DNA from: an uncultured cyanobacterium
GTDB taxonomy: Bacteria > Cyanobacteriota > Cyanobacteriia > Cyanobacteriales > Nostocaceae
Direction: 5' to 3'
Length of the DNA: 64,000 nt
NCBI GenBank assembly: GCA_963706595.1
Contig: OY970166.1
Span: 4,352,001-4,416,000 of the forward strand
The first letter of the stretch is position 1. Every line of letters starts with the position of its first letter. The position numbers and the translations under genes were made by a program. Shown here piece after piece: positions 10,207 to 21,433 of this stretch. The notes beneath the pieces are model-generated. The model was given only the letters and a program-made list of their open reading frames with translations, was not told the DNA's origin and searched no databases.

Positions 10207-10386
10207 CGAGAATAACGGGATACAAGCCCAGTCCTTCTACGGCTTTCTGGTAAAATCGGAATATAGTCGCCTTATGGCATGGGGAGACTTTAAACGGACG
10301 TGGAGGGATGGTAAGACTATCTTGGGAGCATCAACCCGAAGAAGCGTCAAGGAATCCTCGGACTTTAGGACGAGGAGGTATGTCAA
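10207..10386 (+). mobile_element. Non-autonomous IS200/IS605-family mini-element (PATE-like) with probable TnpB omega-RNA scaffold
   Basis: TGAC just outside the left end; CAAG before a left hairpin; right end GAAT-CCTCG..CGAGG-..TCAA (IS608-type architecture); no transposase ORF. Confidence 0.75.
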
Positions 10387-10422
10387 ATTGCATAATCTTA
10401 TGTCTTCCCAGACCCTATCTGA

Positions 10423-11895
<1,473 letters not shown>

Positions 11896-11898
<3 letters not shown>

Positions 11899-11931
11899 TC
11901 ATTAGTCATTAGTCATGGGTCATTAGTCATT
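11896..11931 (+). repeat. STRR heptamer repeat (TAGTCAT)n
   Basis: About 5 tandem copies, one variant, between atpD and atpC. Confidence 0.8.
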
Positions 11932-11994
11932 AATGTAATTACTTAATGACTAGTGACAAATTATCAAAAATCACAGACAAAGGACAAAGGACAA

Positions 11995-12408
11995 ATGACT
12001 CTAACCGTTCGTGTAGTTTCCCCAGATAAAACAGTATGGGATGCCGCAGCTGAGGAAGTAGTTCTACCCAGCACTACTGGTCAGTTAGGTATCCTCAGTG
12101 GACACGCGCCGATGTTGACAGCTTTGGATACAGGTGTGATGCGCGTCCGTGCTAGCAAAAACGACAATTGGCAAGCGATCGCTTTATGGGGTGGCTTTGC
12201 TGAAGTCGAAGAAGATGAAGTAACCATTCTGGTGAATGGTGCTGAACGTGGCGACGCGATTAAACTTGAAGATGCTCGTGCTGCTTTCAATCAAGCACAA
12301 ACACGTCTAAATCAAGTGAATCCAGGCGAAAAGCAAGCCCAAATTCAGGCGACTCAAGCCTTCAAACGCGCCCGCGCTCGCTTCCAAGCGGCTGGCGGTT
12401 CTGTCTAA
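11995..12408 (+). CDS. atpC: F0F1 ATP synthase subunit epsilon
   Basis: [27 protein letters not shown]; start taken at ATG 11995 rather than GTG 11953. Confidence 0.97.
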   Translation: MTLTVRVVSPDKTVWDAAAEEVVLPSTTGQLGILSGHAPMLTALDTGVMRVRASKNDNWQAIALWGGFAEVEEDEVTILVNGAERGDAIKLEDARAAFNQAQTRLNQVNPGEKQAQIQATQAFKRARARFQAAGGSV

Positions 12409-12486
12409 ATTTACACATAGACAGCTTTGTTTTGTGGGGTGGGCAAGGATTGCCCGCCCCTTGGTGTTTTTAAACGCAGAGTTTTG

Positions 12487-13707
12487 TTATTTTTTCTGCA
12501 TGAGTTGCCAACATTGTTGCGCGATCGCCCAATCTTCTTGAGTCCGAATTACTAATACGCGCACAGATGAGTTAGCTGTGGCTATATCTTGATCAATCGG
12601 CTGTTGCTGATTTTTTGAGGGGTCAATTTTTAAGTTCAAAAATCCAAAGGCTTCGCAGGCTGCTTGGCGTATTCCTGCCGATTTTTCCCCGATACCTGCG
12701 GTGAATACTAAGGCATCTAATCCGCCTAAGCTGGCTAGCATGGAGCCAATACCAGAGCGTAAGTGATGCACATACATATCCCAAGCTAGTTGAGCGCGAT
12801 AATTCCCTTCGGCGATCGCGGCTATGACTTGGGGTAAGTCGCTGGATACACCCGAAATTCCTCGTAAGCCAGAACCTTTATTTAATACATAGTCTAACCT
12901 TTCCGCAGAGTAATTTGATTGCCGCAACAAATAAATTAAAATCCCTGGATCAACCGAGCCAGAACGACTACCCATCATTAACCCATCCAGGGGAGTGAAA
13001 CCCATAGTAGTATCAATACTGCGTCCATTTTTAATCGCCGCTAAAGAGCAACCATTGCCTAAATGACAGGTAATTAAGCGCAGGGATGCTAAATCTCGGT
13101 TGAGGATTTGAGCCGCACGATTTGAGCAATATTGATGACTGATACCATGAAAACCGTAGCGGCGAATACCTTCCTCTACCCATTCATAGGGACCTGGATA
13201 GATGGCTGCGGCATCAGGGAGAGTGGCATGAAATCCCGTATCAAATACTGCTACTTGGGTGACATCTCCCAAGCTTTGCTCAATGGCTTCTATGCCTTCT
13301 AAAGCGGCTGGATTATGTGCTGGCGCTAAACTAGATAATCTAGAGATTGTCTGTTTGACCTCTTCAGTAATTACTACACTTTTTCTGTATTCCTGACCAC
13401 CATGTACTACACGATGCCCCACCATATCGATTTCTGAGAGATGTTCGATTACCTTGGTAGCACCACGAGTCAGGGTATAAAGCATATAGGCGACGTGTGC
13501 GCGTCGTGAGTCGCCATAAATGGATTCTTGCAGAGTTTCACCCGTAGCTGTTTTCACCTCAATTTCTGCCACACCCCGGTCTTGAGTCCAGTTAACTTTT
13601 CCTGACCACAGAGGCTGGGGTGCGACCGTGGGTAAACAATTATCTGCAATTTCATACAAACAACTTTTTTGGCTACTAGATCCAGCATTTAAAACTAATA
13701 CTTTCAT
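12487..13707 (-). CDS. ackA: Acetate kinase
   Basis: VLNAGSSS, GHRVVHGG, RRYGFHGISH, CHLGNGCS, FTAGIGE. Confidence 0.95.
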   Translation of the reverse strand: MKVLVLNAGSSSQKSCLYEIADNCLPTVAPQPLWSGKVNWTQDRGVAEIEVKTATGETLQESIYGDSRRAHVAYMLYTLTRGATKVIEHLSEIDMVGHRVVHGGQEYRKSVVITEEVKQTISRLSSLAPAHNPAALEGIEAIEQSLGDVTQVAVFDTGFHATLPDAAAIYPGPYEWVEEGIRRYGFHGISHQYCSNRAAQILNRDLASLRLITCHLGNGCSLAAIKNGRSIDTTMGFTPLDGLMMGSRSGSVDPGILIYLLRQSNYSAERLDYVLNKGSGLRGISGVSSDLPQVIAAIAEGNYRAQLAWDMYVHHLRSGIGSMLASLGGLDALVFTAGIGEKSAGIRQAACEAFGFLNLKIDPSKNQQQPIDQDIATANSSVRVLVIRTQEDWAIAQQCWQLMQKK

Positions 13708-13806
13708 TACCTTTACCTCTTTGACGTTTGTGAACGCTTAACTATATGGTTACTAATTTTCAGCTATTAAATAAACTAAGTACCGCTAATTGCAGAAAGG
13801 CAAAAC

Positions 13807-14160
13807 GTGAAAAGATTCCAGAAGCTATATTCAATTACGCTCTTGCTATTTGCCTTCATCTATCCGTCGGCTATAGCTGAAGCTAAAGATAGTAATGTCA
13901 ATAATCTTCTCCATCAGCAGAATCTAGAACTAGAGACAAATTTAGTAGAGGGAGATACCAGCCCAGAACTTTTGTTGGCTCATAGAAAGCATAAGCGGCG
14001 TTATCGTAAGAGACGCTCCACAGGACACCACTATCATCGCAGAAGGCGCAATCAACGATATCAACGCATTCGTTATAAGGGACAACCCTATCGTCGTGGG
14101 CGATGGCAGCGAGTCCGCGATCGCCATGGTAGATTAATGTATGACTGGCGAAGACATTAA
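13807..14160 (+). CDS. Secreted protein with Arg/His-rich C-terminal half
   Basis: Signal peptide ending AEA, acidic linker, very basic tail; upstream AGAAAGG RBS-like sequence. Confidence 0.7.
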   Translation: MKRFQKLYSITLLLFAFIYPSAIAEAKDSNVNNLLHQQNLELETNLVEGDTSPELLLAHRKHKRRYRKRRSTGHHYHRRRRNQRYQRIRYKGQPYRRGRWQRVRDRHGRLMYDWRRH

Positions 14161-14322
14161 ATCAGTGAACAGTTATCAGTTGTCAGTTATCAAGGCATAA
14201 GGTAGGGGACTTAAACCCCATTATGTCTCTTAACTGATAACTGATAAAGCACGCACAAAATAGGGGACGAGATGAGCAGGTTGAGGATTTACTCAACCTT
14301 TAATACTGCTCAGGATAGTGCC

Positions 14323-15327
14323 TTAACGGCTGGCTATCACTTCTCCCTCAAGGCTAGCTAGTCGCTCTGCTAATAGTTTTTCGAGAGCAACTAATGCTTT
14401 GGTAAAGCCATCAATACCTTCTGCTAGTTTGTCAGATGCCATGCGGTCAGCAGCGTGCATCTTGTCATAGGTAGCTTTATCAACGGATATCTTTTTGATT
14501 TCCATGTTTGCTACTTTAGCAGGATCAAGTTTGCGTGGCAATTCTCCCTCAGTTGCTTGCAATTCTGCCAATAGTCCGGGAGAAATGGTCAGCAGGTCAC
14601 AACCAGCCAGTTCGGTAATTTCGCCAATGTTGCGGAAGCTAGCTCCCATAACTTCGGTTTTATGTCCGAATTTTTTGTAGTAGTTGTAGACTGTGGTTAC
14701 AGATAATACACCTGGATCTTCGGCGGCTGGATAGCTATCACTTCCAGTATCTTTCTTGTACCAGTCGAGAATCCGACCGACGAAGGGAGAAATTAAGGTA
14801 ACGCCGGCTTCTGCACAGGCGATCGCTTGGTGCAGACCAAACAACAATGTTAAGTTACAATGAATACCTTCTTTCTCCAGGATTTCCGCAGCGCGAATGC
14901 CTTCCCAAGTGGTGGCAATTTTAATTAGCACGCGATCGCGATCAACACCAGCCGCCTTGTATTGAGCAATCAATTCTCTGCCTTTGGTAACAGTAGCTTC
15001 GGTATCAAAAGACAAGCGAGCATCTACTTCTGTAGAAACACGACCAGGAATAATTTGTAAAATCTTCAAACCGAAAGCCACTGCTAAACGGTCAAAAGCC
15101 AAAGTCACGATATCTGCTTGACTAGCAGCAGCACCAGCATCTTTCTTCGCTTGGAGTAAAGTTTGATCAACAATTTCCTGATATTCCGGCATTTGTGCCG
15201 CCGCCGTAATCAGAGAAGGATTAGTAGTAGCATCTTGGGGTGTAAACTTCTCAATCGCCTTGATATCCCCTGTATCCGCCACCACAACGGTCATTTGGCG
15301 TAATTGTTCTAGTAAAGTTTTAGACAT
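14323..15327 (-). CDS. tal: Transaldolase
   Basis: [35 protein letters not shown]. Confidence 0.97.
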   Translation of the reverse strand: MSKTLLEQLRQMTVVVADTGDIKAIEKFTPQDATTNPSLITAAAQMPEYQEIVDQTLLQAKKDAGAAASQADIVTLAFDRLAVAFGLKILQIIPGRVSTEVDARLSFDTEATVTKGRELIAQYKAAGVDRDRVLIKIATTWEGIRAAEILEKEGIHCNLTLLFGLHQAIACAEAGVTLISPFVGRILDWYKKDTGSDSYPAAEDPGVLSVTTVYNYYKKFGHKTEVMGASFRNIGEITELAGCDLLTISPGLLAELQATEGELPRKLDPAKVANMEIKKISVDKATYDKMHAADRMASDKLAEGIDGFTKALVALEKLLAERLASLEGEVIASR

Positions 15328-15555
15328 ATTTTTCTCCGTAAGTTGTGCTGGTTTCGGACGTACTTAATTCCTTACTTGTTTACACTCTTGACTGTTCCTC
15401 AGAATTCCGATTTTGGCAACTTTTCTTAAACATTGCCCACATTGGCTAGCTAAAATTAACCACAGCCCTATTTTAGGTGCGTTATGCCAAAATTGGCTGT
15501 CCAATGGAATGCACTTTAATTAAATCGGTTGTTCCCAACTTAGCCATTTCGCTTG

Positions 15556-15647
15556 TAGAGACGCGATTTATCGCGTCTAATTATCGCGTCTAATTATCGC
15601 GTCTAATTTATTTGATTTATCGCGTCTGTGGGATAAATCGCGTCTCT
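15556..15647. repeat. GTAG-type REP element with tandemly expanded TTATCGCGTCT core
   Basis: GTAGAGACGCGATTTATCGCGTCT followed by several ATCGCGTCT copies. Confidence 0.7.
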
Positions 15648-15670
15648 CACCAAGCACCAACACCAGTGAG

Positions 15671-16774
<1,104 letters not shown>

Positions 16775-17109
16775 TTAACTAGTTAAGGCATATTTACTTG
16801 GCATCTTTTAAGGTTTCTGAATTCTGTGAGCGTAGGCGGTGTAGGGCTATACACGGGATATCCATAAATTTGACTGTGGATTTTTAGACACGAAATTGCG
16901 CGTTAAATTGGTAACATTAATTATGATTAATTTTTTGGCGCTCAATGGTTTGCTTGAGGTGAAGTAAAGGCACTGGTAGAAATAAATTTTGTATTTCAAA
17001 GTACATATAAAAAACCCCTAGCACACGCAGACTAGGAGCTTTTAATTTTCCAATATTTCTTGTGAATCATGTACCTATCCAACTTTATGGTAAATGCTTG
17101 GGTATGAGA

Positions 17110-17540
17110 CTAAGCTACTTCTAAAAAATCTCTGTCTGATGGATTTTCCGGGAAGAATACAGCAGGTGAAACATTGAAAAATTCCGCAAGCTTTTGAATA
17201 TGTTCAACCGTTAATTTACGCTTGCCTTTAAGTACATCAGAAACAATGGATTCCGTTTTAAAAATAGGAACTAAATCCTTTTGTTTGAGGTTCAATTCCA
17301 TAATTAAAACTTTGAGAAGTTCTATCCCATAAATATCTGGAACCAAATCCTGCTTTTCTTCGTATTCATAAATTAACATTCCCAGTAAATGCAAATAGTC
17401 TTCTTCCTCATCAGTTAGTTCGCCTTTATCAAGTAGATTATCGACCACTGCTTGAATTTTGTGTAAATCTTCTTCATCTTTTATAGGGCGTGGGGGAAAG
17501 ATGTAAGTAATTCCATGTAGCTGTTGTGATGATATAACAT
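17110..17540 (-). CDS. HigA-like HTH antitoxin/regulator, apparent frameshift near 17492-17496
   Basis: C-terminal HTH LKQKDLVPIFKTESIVSDVLKGKRKLT; upstream MLYHHNSYMELLTSF joins PPRPIKDEED if one base is added in the C/T run. Confidence 0.7.
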
Positions 17541-17687
17541 TTCTTCATTATGGTATTGGTTGCTTAATTATTAGCGCTCTTTTATGACTCTGAATGAAAG
17601 AAAAATGTAGGTTGGGTTGAACAAAGTGAAACCCTACATATACTTAGATTTTTTCAAGAATCAAATCGGATTCCTATAGTTTTATGA

Positions 17688-17933
17688 TTAACTAATCCCC
17701 AAATCTTTCTTACTACTTTTCAACTGTTTCCAAAGAATCTGAATTTGTTTGTAAGCATCCTCCGGAGAAAGCTTACCACCAGTTTGTAAACTACAAATAT
17801 AACTTACTCGTTGAGAAAAATCTTGGAGATTAGCATTAAATTTCAAATACTCTTGTTTAAACTCCCCAGAATATGGACTGCGGGGATAAAGAAAATCAGA
17901 TAATTCCGAGAGAAAATTATTTGGCTGGTTCAT
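17688..17933 (-). CDS. Small conserved cyanobacterial protein of isiB clusters (IsiD-like)
   Basis: FLYPRSPYSGEF..FNANLQDFSQRVSYICSLQTGGKLSPEDAY motif; position in the isiB cluster. Confidence 0.7.
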   Translation of the reverse strand: MNQPNNFLSELSDFLYPRSPYSGEFKQEYLKFNANLQDFSQRVSYICSLQTGGKLSPEDAYKQIQILWKQLKSSKKDLGIS

Positions 17934-17993
17934 AGGTATTTAGATGTGAAAGTTAATAGTAATAGAAATTAAAAATTATCCAGTTTAAAAATT

Positions 17994-18269
17994 TCATCCA
18001 AGCTTGTGCCGTCCCCTTTGAGAAGCATTACAGTTACAAGTCTTAGGTTCAAAATCAATGCAACCAATCGACTCCTCAGAACAAGCTTTAACTGGGTTAA
18101 CTGTGCATTTGAGGCGATAATCATTGGTAAAAAACTCACAATTATGGCAAGGTATTTGGTGTAGCTTTTTTAAATGATTTGTGCCTTTTTTCAAAGTCAA
18201 CCAGACACTGAAGCTAGACAAAATCAAAATTACCCAACTACAGAAAGCGCAAAAAATCATAGCTAACAT
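17994..18269 (-). CDS. Small Cys-rich membrane protein (IsiE-like)
   Basis: N-terminal TM; HQIPCHNCEFFTNDYRLKCTVNP..C..C..C motif. Confidence 0.7.
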   Translation of the reverse strand: MLAMIFCAFCSWVILILSSFSVWLTLKKGTNHLKKLHQIPCHNCEFFTNDYRLKCTVNPVKACSEESIGCIDFEPKTCNCNASQRGRHKLG

Positions 18270-18396
18270 GAGAAATCCTCAAATAAATTCAAATAAAAAG
18301 CCTACAGTTGACTGCTGTGAACCGCAGGCGTTAGAAAATATTTAGCTAGTGTTGAGCGAAACTTAATTAATTATTAACTTGACGCGAACTGACAAG

Positions 18397-18653
18397 TCAG
18401 CGCTGGCGCGATCGCCAAGAGTGCCAAACGTAACCCAAGAAAGCCAATACACCAATAAAAAATTGAATGTTTGCCAAACCCAGACGTTCAGAACCATAAA
18501 ATTCTCTAGGGAAAACCGTTGTGTTATATCCCACAAATGCAGCCGAAATCGAAGCCATTAAAGCTAAACCCAGCAAGCTATAAGACAGAATATCCTCACC
18601 ATTTTCTATGGGTAAAATCTTTCTTACCCAATTAAGATGAATTATTTCTTCAT
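18397..18653 (-). CDS. Mini IsiA/CP43-family protein (last two TM helices only); needs +1 A near the start
   Basis: Hand translation NWVRKILPIENGEDILSYSLLGLALMASISAAFVGYNTTVFPREFYGSERLGLANIQFFIGVLAFLGYVWHSWRSRQR*; resembles IsiA helices V-VI; not in the ORF track. Confidence 0.7.
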
Positions 18654-18670
18654 CTCCCTCTAGTTTTTCA

Positions 18671-19426
18671 TTAATATATGGAAATAGTGGAAGGTTGTGC
18701 AGATATTGCGAGCGATGATCGCCTCTGGTAACAGCCCCAAAAATTTAAAATTTGTTCGCCCACTTCTTGAGGGTGAAAATAGTGAAAGAAATGATAACCT
18801 TGAGGAAATTGCCAAAGTTTATCTTCCGGCTTTAACCAATTGCGCCAGTCATCTAAAGCAGGTGGATTAACTACCGAATCAGTTTTGCTACCGCAGACCA
18901 TCATCGGCATAGAAACGCCTCCCTTGGGTAAATAAACCAACTTAAAAAGAGAATGGGGTGAAGGCGATCGCTCTAAATCCTTATCTAAAGCCGTAATTAA
19001 TTTTTTAGTGGTGTGACATGGTTGTTTACCAAAGAGACTGCGAACACTGTTAGCTAAAACTTGCTCACGACTAATTGTAAACATTTGTCGTTGAAAGTAA
19101 TAATGAGCGTGCCAAGTATTAGCAGGTTGAGATGCTACAGCCAGGAGAGTAAGCGATCGCACCTTTTCAGGATAACGTCTAGCATAAGTTAATGCGATCG
19201 CACCACTAATTCCATGACCACCCAAATGCACCGCATCCGGGTAAGAAGCTAAAAATTCATGCAACAACAGCACAGCTTGATCTATAGAACTAGCTTCATC
19301 CCTAGTTTGTTGATATTCCCACTGAGCGATTTGCAGATACCCAGACAAGTGTTGAAGCAATGGTTGATCAAAACGCTTCAAACTGGGACTAGCATTTAAC
19401 CAAAGAACATCGAATAAATCAGACAT
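18671..19426 (-). CDS. isiC: Alpha/beta hydrolase-fold protein (IsiC-like)
   Basis: HLGGHGISG elbow-like motif, GYHFFH; next gene downstream of flavodoxin. Confidence 0.75.
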   Translation of the reverse strand: MSDLFDVLWLNASPSLKRFDQPLLQHLSGYLQIAQWEYQQTRDEASSIDQAVLLLHEFLASYPDAVHLGGHGISGAIALTYARRYPEKVRSLTLLAVASQPANTWHAHYYFQRQMFTISREQVLANSVRSLFGKQPCHTTKKLITALDKDLERSPSPHSLFKLVYLPKGGVSMPMMVCGSKTDSVVNPPALDDWRNWLKPEDKLWQFPQGYHFFHYFHPQEVGEQILNFWGCYQRRSSLAISAQPSTISIY

Positions 19427-19537
19427 ATTAAATCAGTGAACAGTGAACAGTGAACAGTTATCAAGAGACTTAAATCAGTAAATAATGAACAGTTATCAAG
19501 TCCTATAGCAAAGAACTTAGACCCAATTATGTTTCTT

Positions 19538-19668
19538 ATACCAATTATTTGTGAGGCTGCATATTATTTTTAACCCACCCCTTACCCCGGAGAAATCCGG
19601 TTCCCTCCTCGCTTGCGGGGAGGGTTAGGGAGGGGTTCTTTTTATGCATCTTTATATAAAATTGGTAT
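19538..19668. mobile_element. MITE-like element with GC-rich REP hairpin core
   Basis: Ends ATACCAATT...AATTGGTAT; internal ccctcctcgcttgcggggaggg. Confidence 0.55.
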
Positions 19669-19696
19669 TAACTGATAACTGTTCACTGATTATTTT

Positions 19697-20209
19697 CTAC
19701 AAACCAAATTCTGTCTTCAACTGTGCAACCCAAGCCTTAATGCGCTCATCTGTCAGGTCAGATTGATTATCATCATCAAGAGCTAAACCACAAAACTTAC
19801 CATTTCGCAAAGCTTTAGAATCGCTAAAATCATACCCATCAGTTGACCAATACCCGACCGTTTTACCCCCCTGTTGGGCAATCTTTTCTTCCAAAATCCC
19901 AATAGCATCCTGAAAATTATCACTATAGCCAATTTGGTCTCCCGTACCAAAATAAGCCACCGTTTTACCGTTAAAATCAACATCATCCAAATCAGGATAA
20001 ACACCTTCCCAATCGCTTTGAAGTTCACCAATATTCCAAGTTGGGCAACCAATAATCAGACATTCATACTCATCAAAATCAGCAGTATCCGCCTGAGACA
20101 TATCATGTAATGTCACCACATCACCGCCAAAAGCATCACGAATAATTTCAGCAGCAGATTCAGTCTTGCCAGTTTGAGTACCGTAGAACAAACCAATTTT
20201 TTTCGACAT
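19697..20209 (-). CDS. isiB: Flavodoxin (long chain)
   Basis: GLFYGTQTGKTE, GCPTWNIGELQSDW, FGTGDQIGYSDNFQDA. Confidence 0.97.
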   Translation of the reverse strand: MSKKIGLFYGTQTGKTESAAEIIRDAFGGDVVTLHDMSQADTADFDEYECLIIGCPTWNIGELQSDWEGVYPDLDDVDFNGKTVAYFGTGDQIGYSDNFQDAIGILEEKIAQQGGKTVGYWSTDGYDFSDSKALRNGKFCGLALDDDNQSDLTDERIKAWVAQLKTEFGL

Positions 20210-20441
20210 TTTGACACCTAATAAATATTTTTAACTTGAGTTTGAGGAATGAGACTTCCTCAATCTCCAACCCCTACAGAAAAGAGACTGAAAATATCTT
20301 GTGGGGTGGGCATCTTGCCCGCCCTAAACGTGTAGCCACGATTAACCCAGCATGAATCGACTTTGGTGTTTGAACAGCCATGCTGGTCATCAGATTAGCT
20401 CCTGAGAAATTGTGCCTATGCCTGAGATCAATCAACCCAAC

Positions 20442-20510
20442 TAATGAGTATCTATCTCAATAAACATTTAGAAACATATTATCAGACTTATTGAAATTAT
20501 TTATCACTAA
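20442..20510 (-). promoter_or_regulatory. Putative tandem Fur boxes upstream of isiB
   Basis: AT-rich imperfect palindromes aatgagtatctatctcaata and ttattgaaattatttatcactaa resembling TGAnAATnATTnTCA; upstream of an iron-stress gene. Confidence 0.55.
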
Positions 20511-21060
20511 TTTAGTGTAAATTTTTGTAACGCAGCCTATAACTGGATCTGTAAAATGCTTGTATGCCATAGCTTCACAGGATATTAGTGCTTAAAAAAT
20601 CTGTAATGATAAAGAAATAATTAATAAAAAAGTGCCATGAAATCTCAATAAGCTCATGGTAAACTGGAAGCTACTCGCACAATGTCAATAAACCTTCCGC
20701 ATTCATAAGGCTGAATCATGTTTTGAGAACTTGAGATAACAAAACAAGGATTTAGCCTTTTTTGTATGCTACAGAAACTTTTAAAATCCTGACTCTCTGC
20801 GTTCTCTGTGCCTCTGTGGTTCAAAAAGTATTTTATTTAACTACACCAGACGCAGAGGACACGGAGTAAAGAGGAATTTTACCCATCTTTAAAAAGGTAA
20901 TTCTTATAAATTAGATATTGACACAATAGACTAAATATGTTTTTAGAAACAAGAAAGCATCAGGACGATGTAATTTCTCTATTTTTCGCAAAAAAGTGAA
21001 AAACTGACGATTTTTGGGAACAATAACCCTATTGAAGCTTAGGCAAATAGGGTAAAAGCA

Positions 21061-21408
21061 TTGACAAATCAAGCGGCTGAACAGTTGCGCCCCTCTGTGG
21101 AGAAGTTAGTTAAGGAAATTGTCGCAATTAACCATGCGTGGAAAGTCGCGCGTGAATTATTTGGAGAAGATTCACATCTATCTATTTCTTCACGCGATTT
21201 AAAAACCTGTTTGCAGGTTCGTTTGTTGCGAAGTTATGCACCAAAACAGGTTTATTTAATTGAGGATAAAGAATCAGAAGGTGAACCCGCTTATGGTTTA
21301 CGTCTTCGGGAACCTATAGGAAACCGCCAGTATGCAGAACATCTGCCAATACGGGTAGCGCAAAAAGTTCTCACAGATAAAGAATTAGAACAATTTCAAA
21401 AGATATAA
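21061..21408 (+). CDS. Hypothetical protein, first gene of Zorya-like operon
   Basis: 115 aa ORF (TTG start) ending 25 nt before the zorA start. Confidence 0.7.
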   Translation: MTNQAAEQLRPSVEKLVKEIVAINHAWKVARELFGEDSHLSISSRDLKTCLQVRLLRSYAPKQVYLIEDKESEGEPAYGLRLREPIGNRQYAEHLPIRVAQKVLTDKELEQFQKI

Positions 21409-21433
21409 CCAAGATAAACAAGAAGGGTGCAGT

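Noticed and set aside
18379..18561. 60-aa plus-strand ORF
   Set aside because: Shadow of the minus-strand IsiA-like frame
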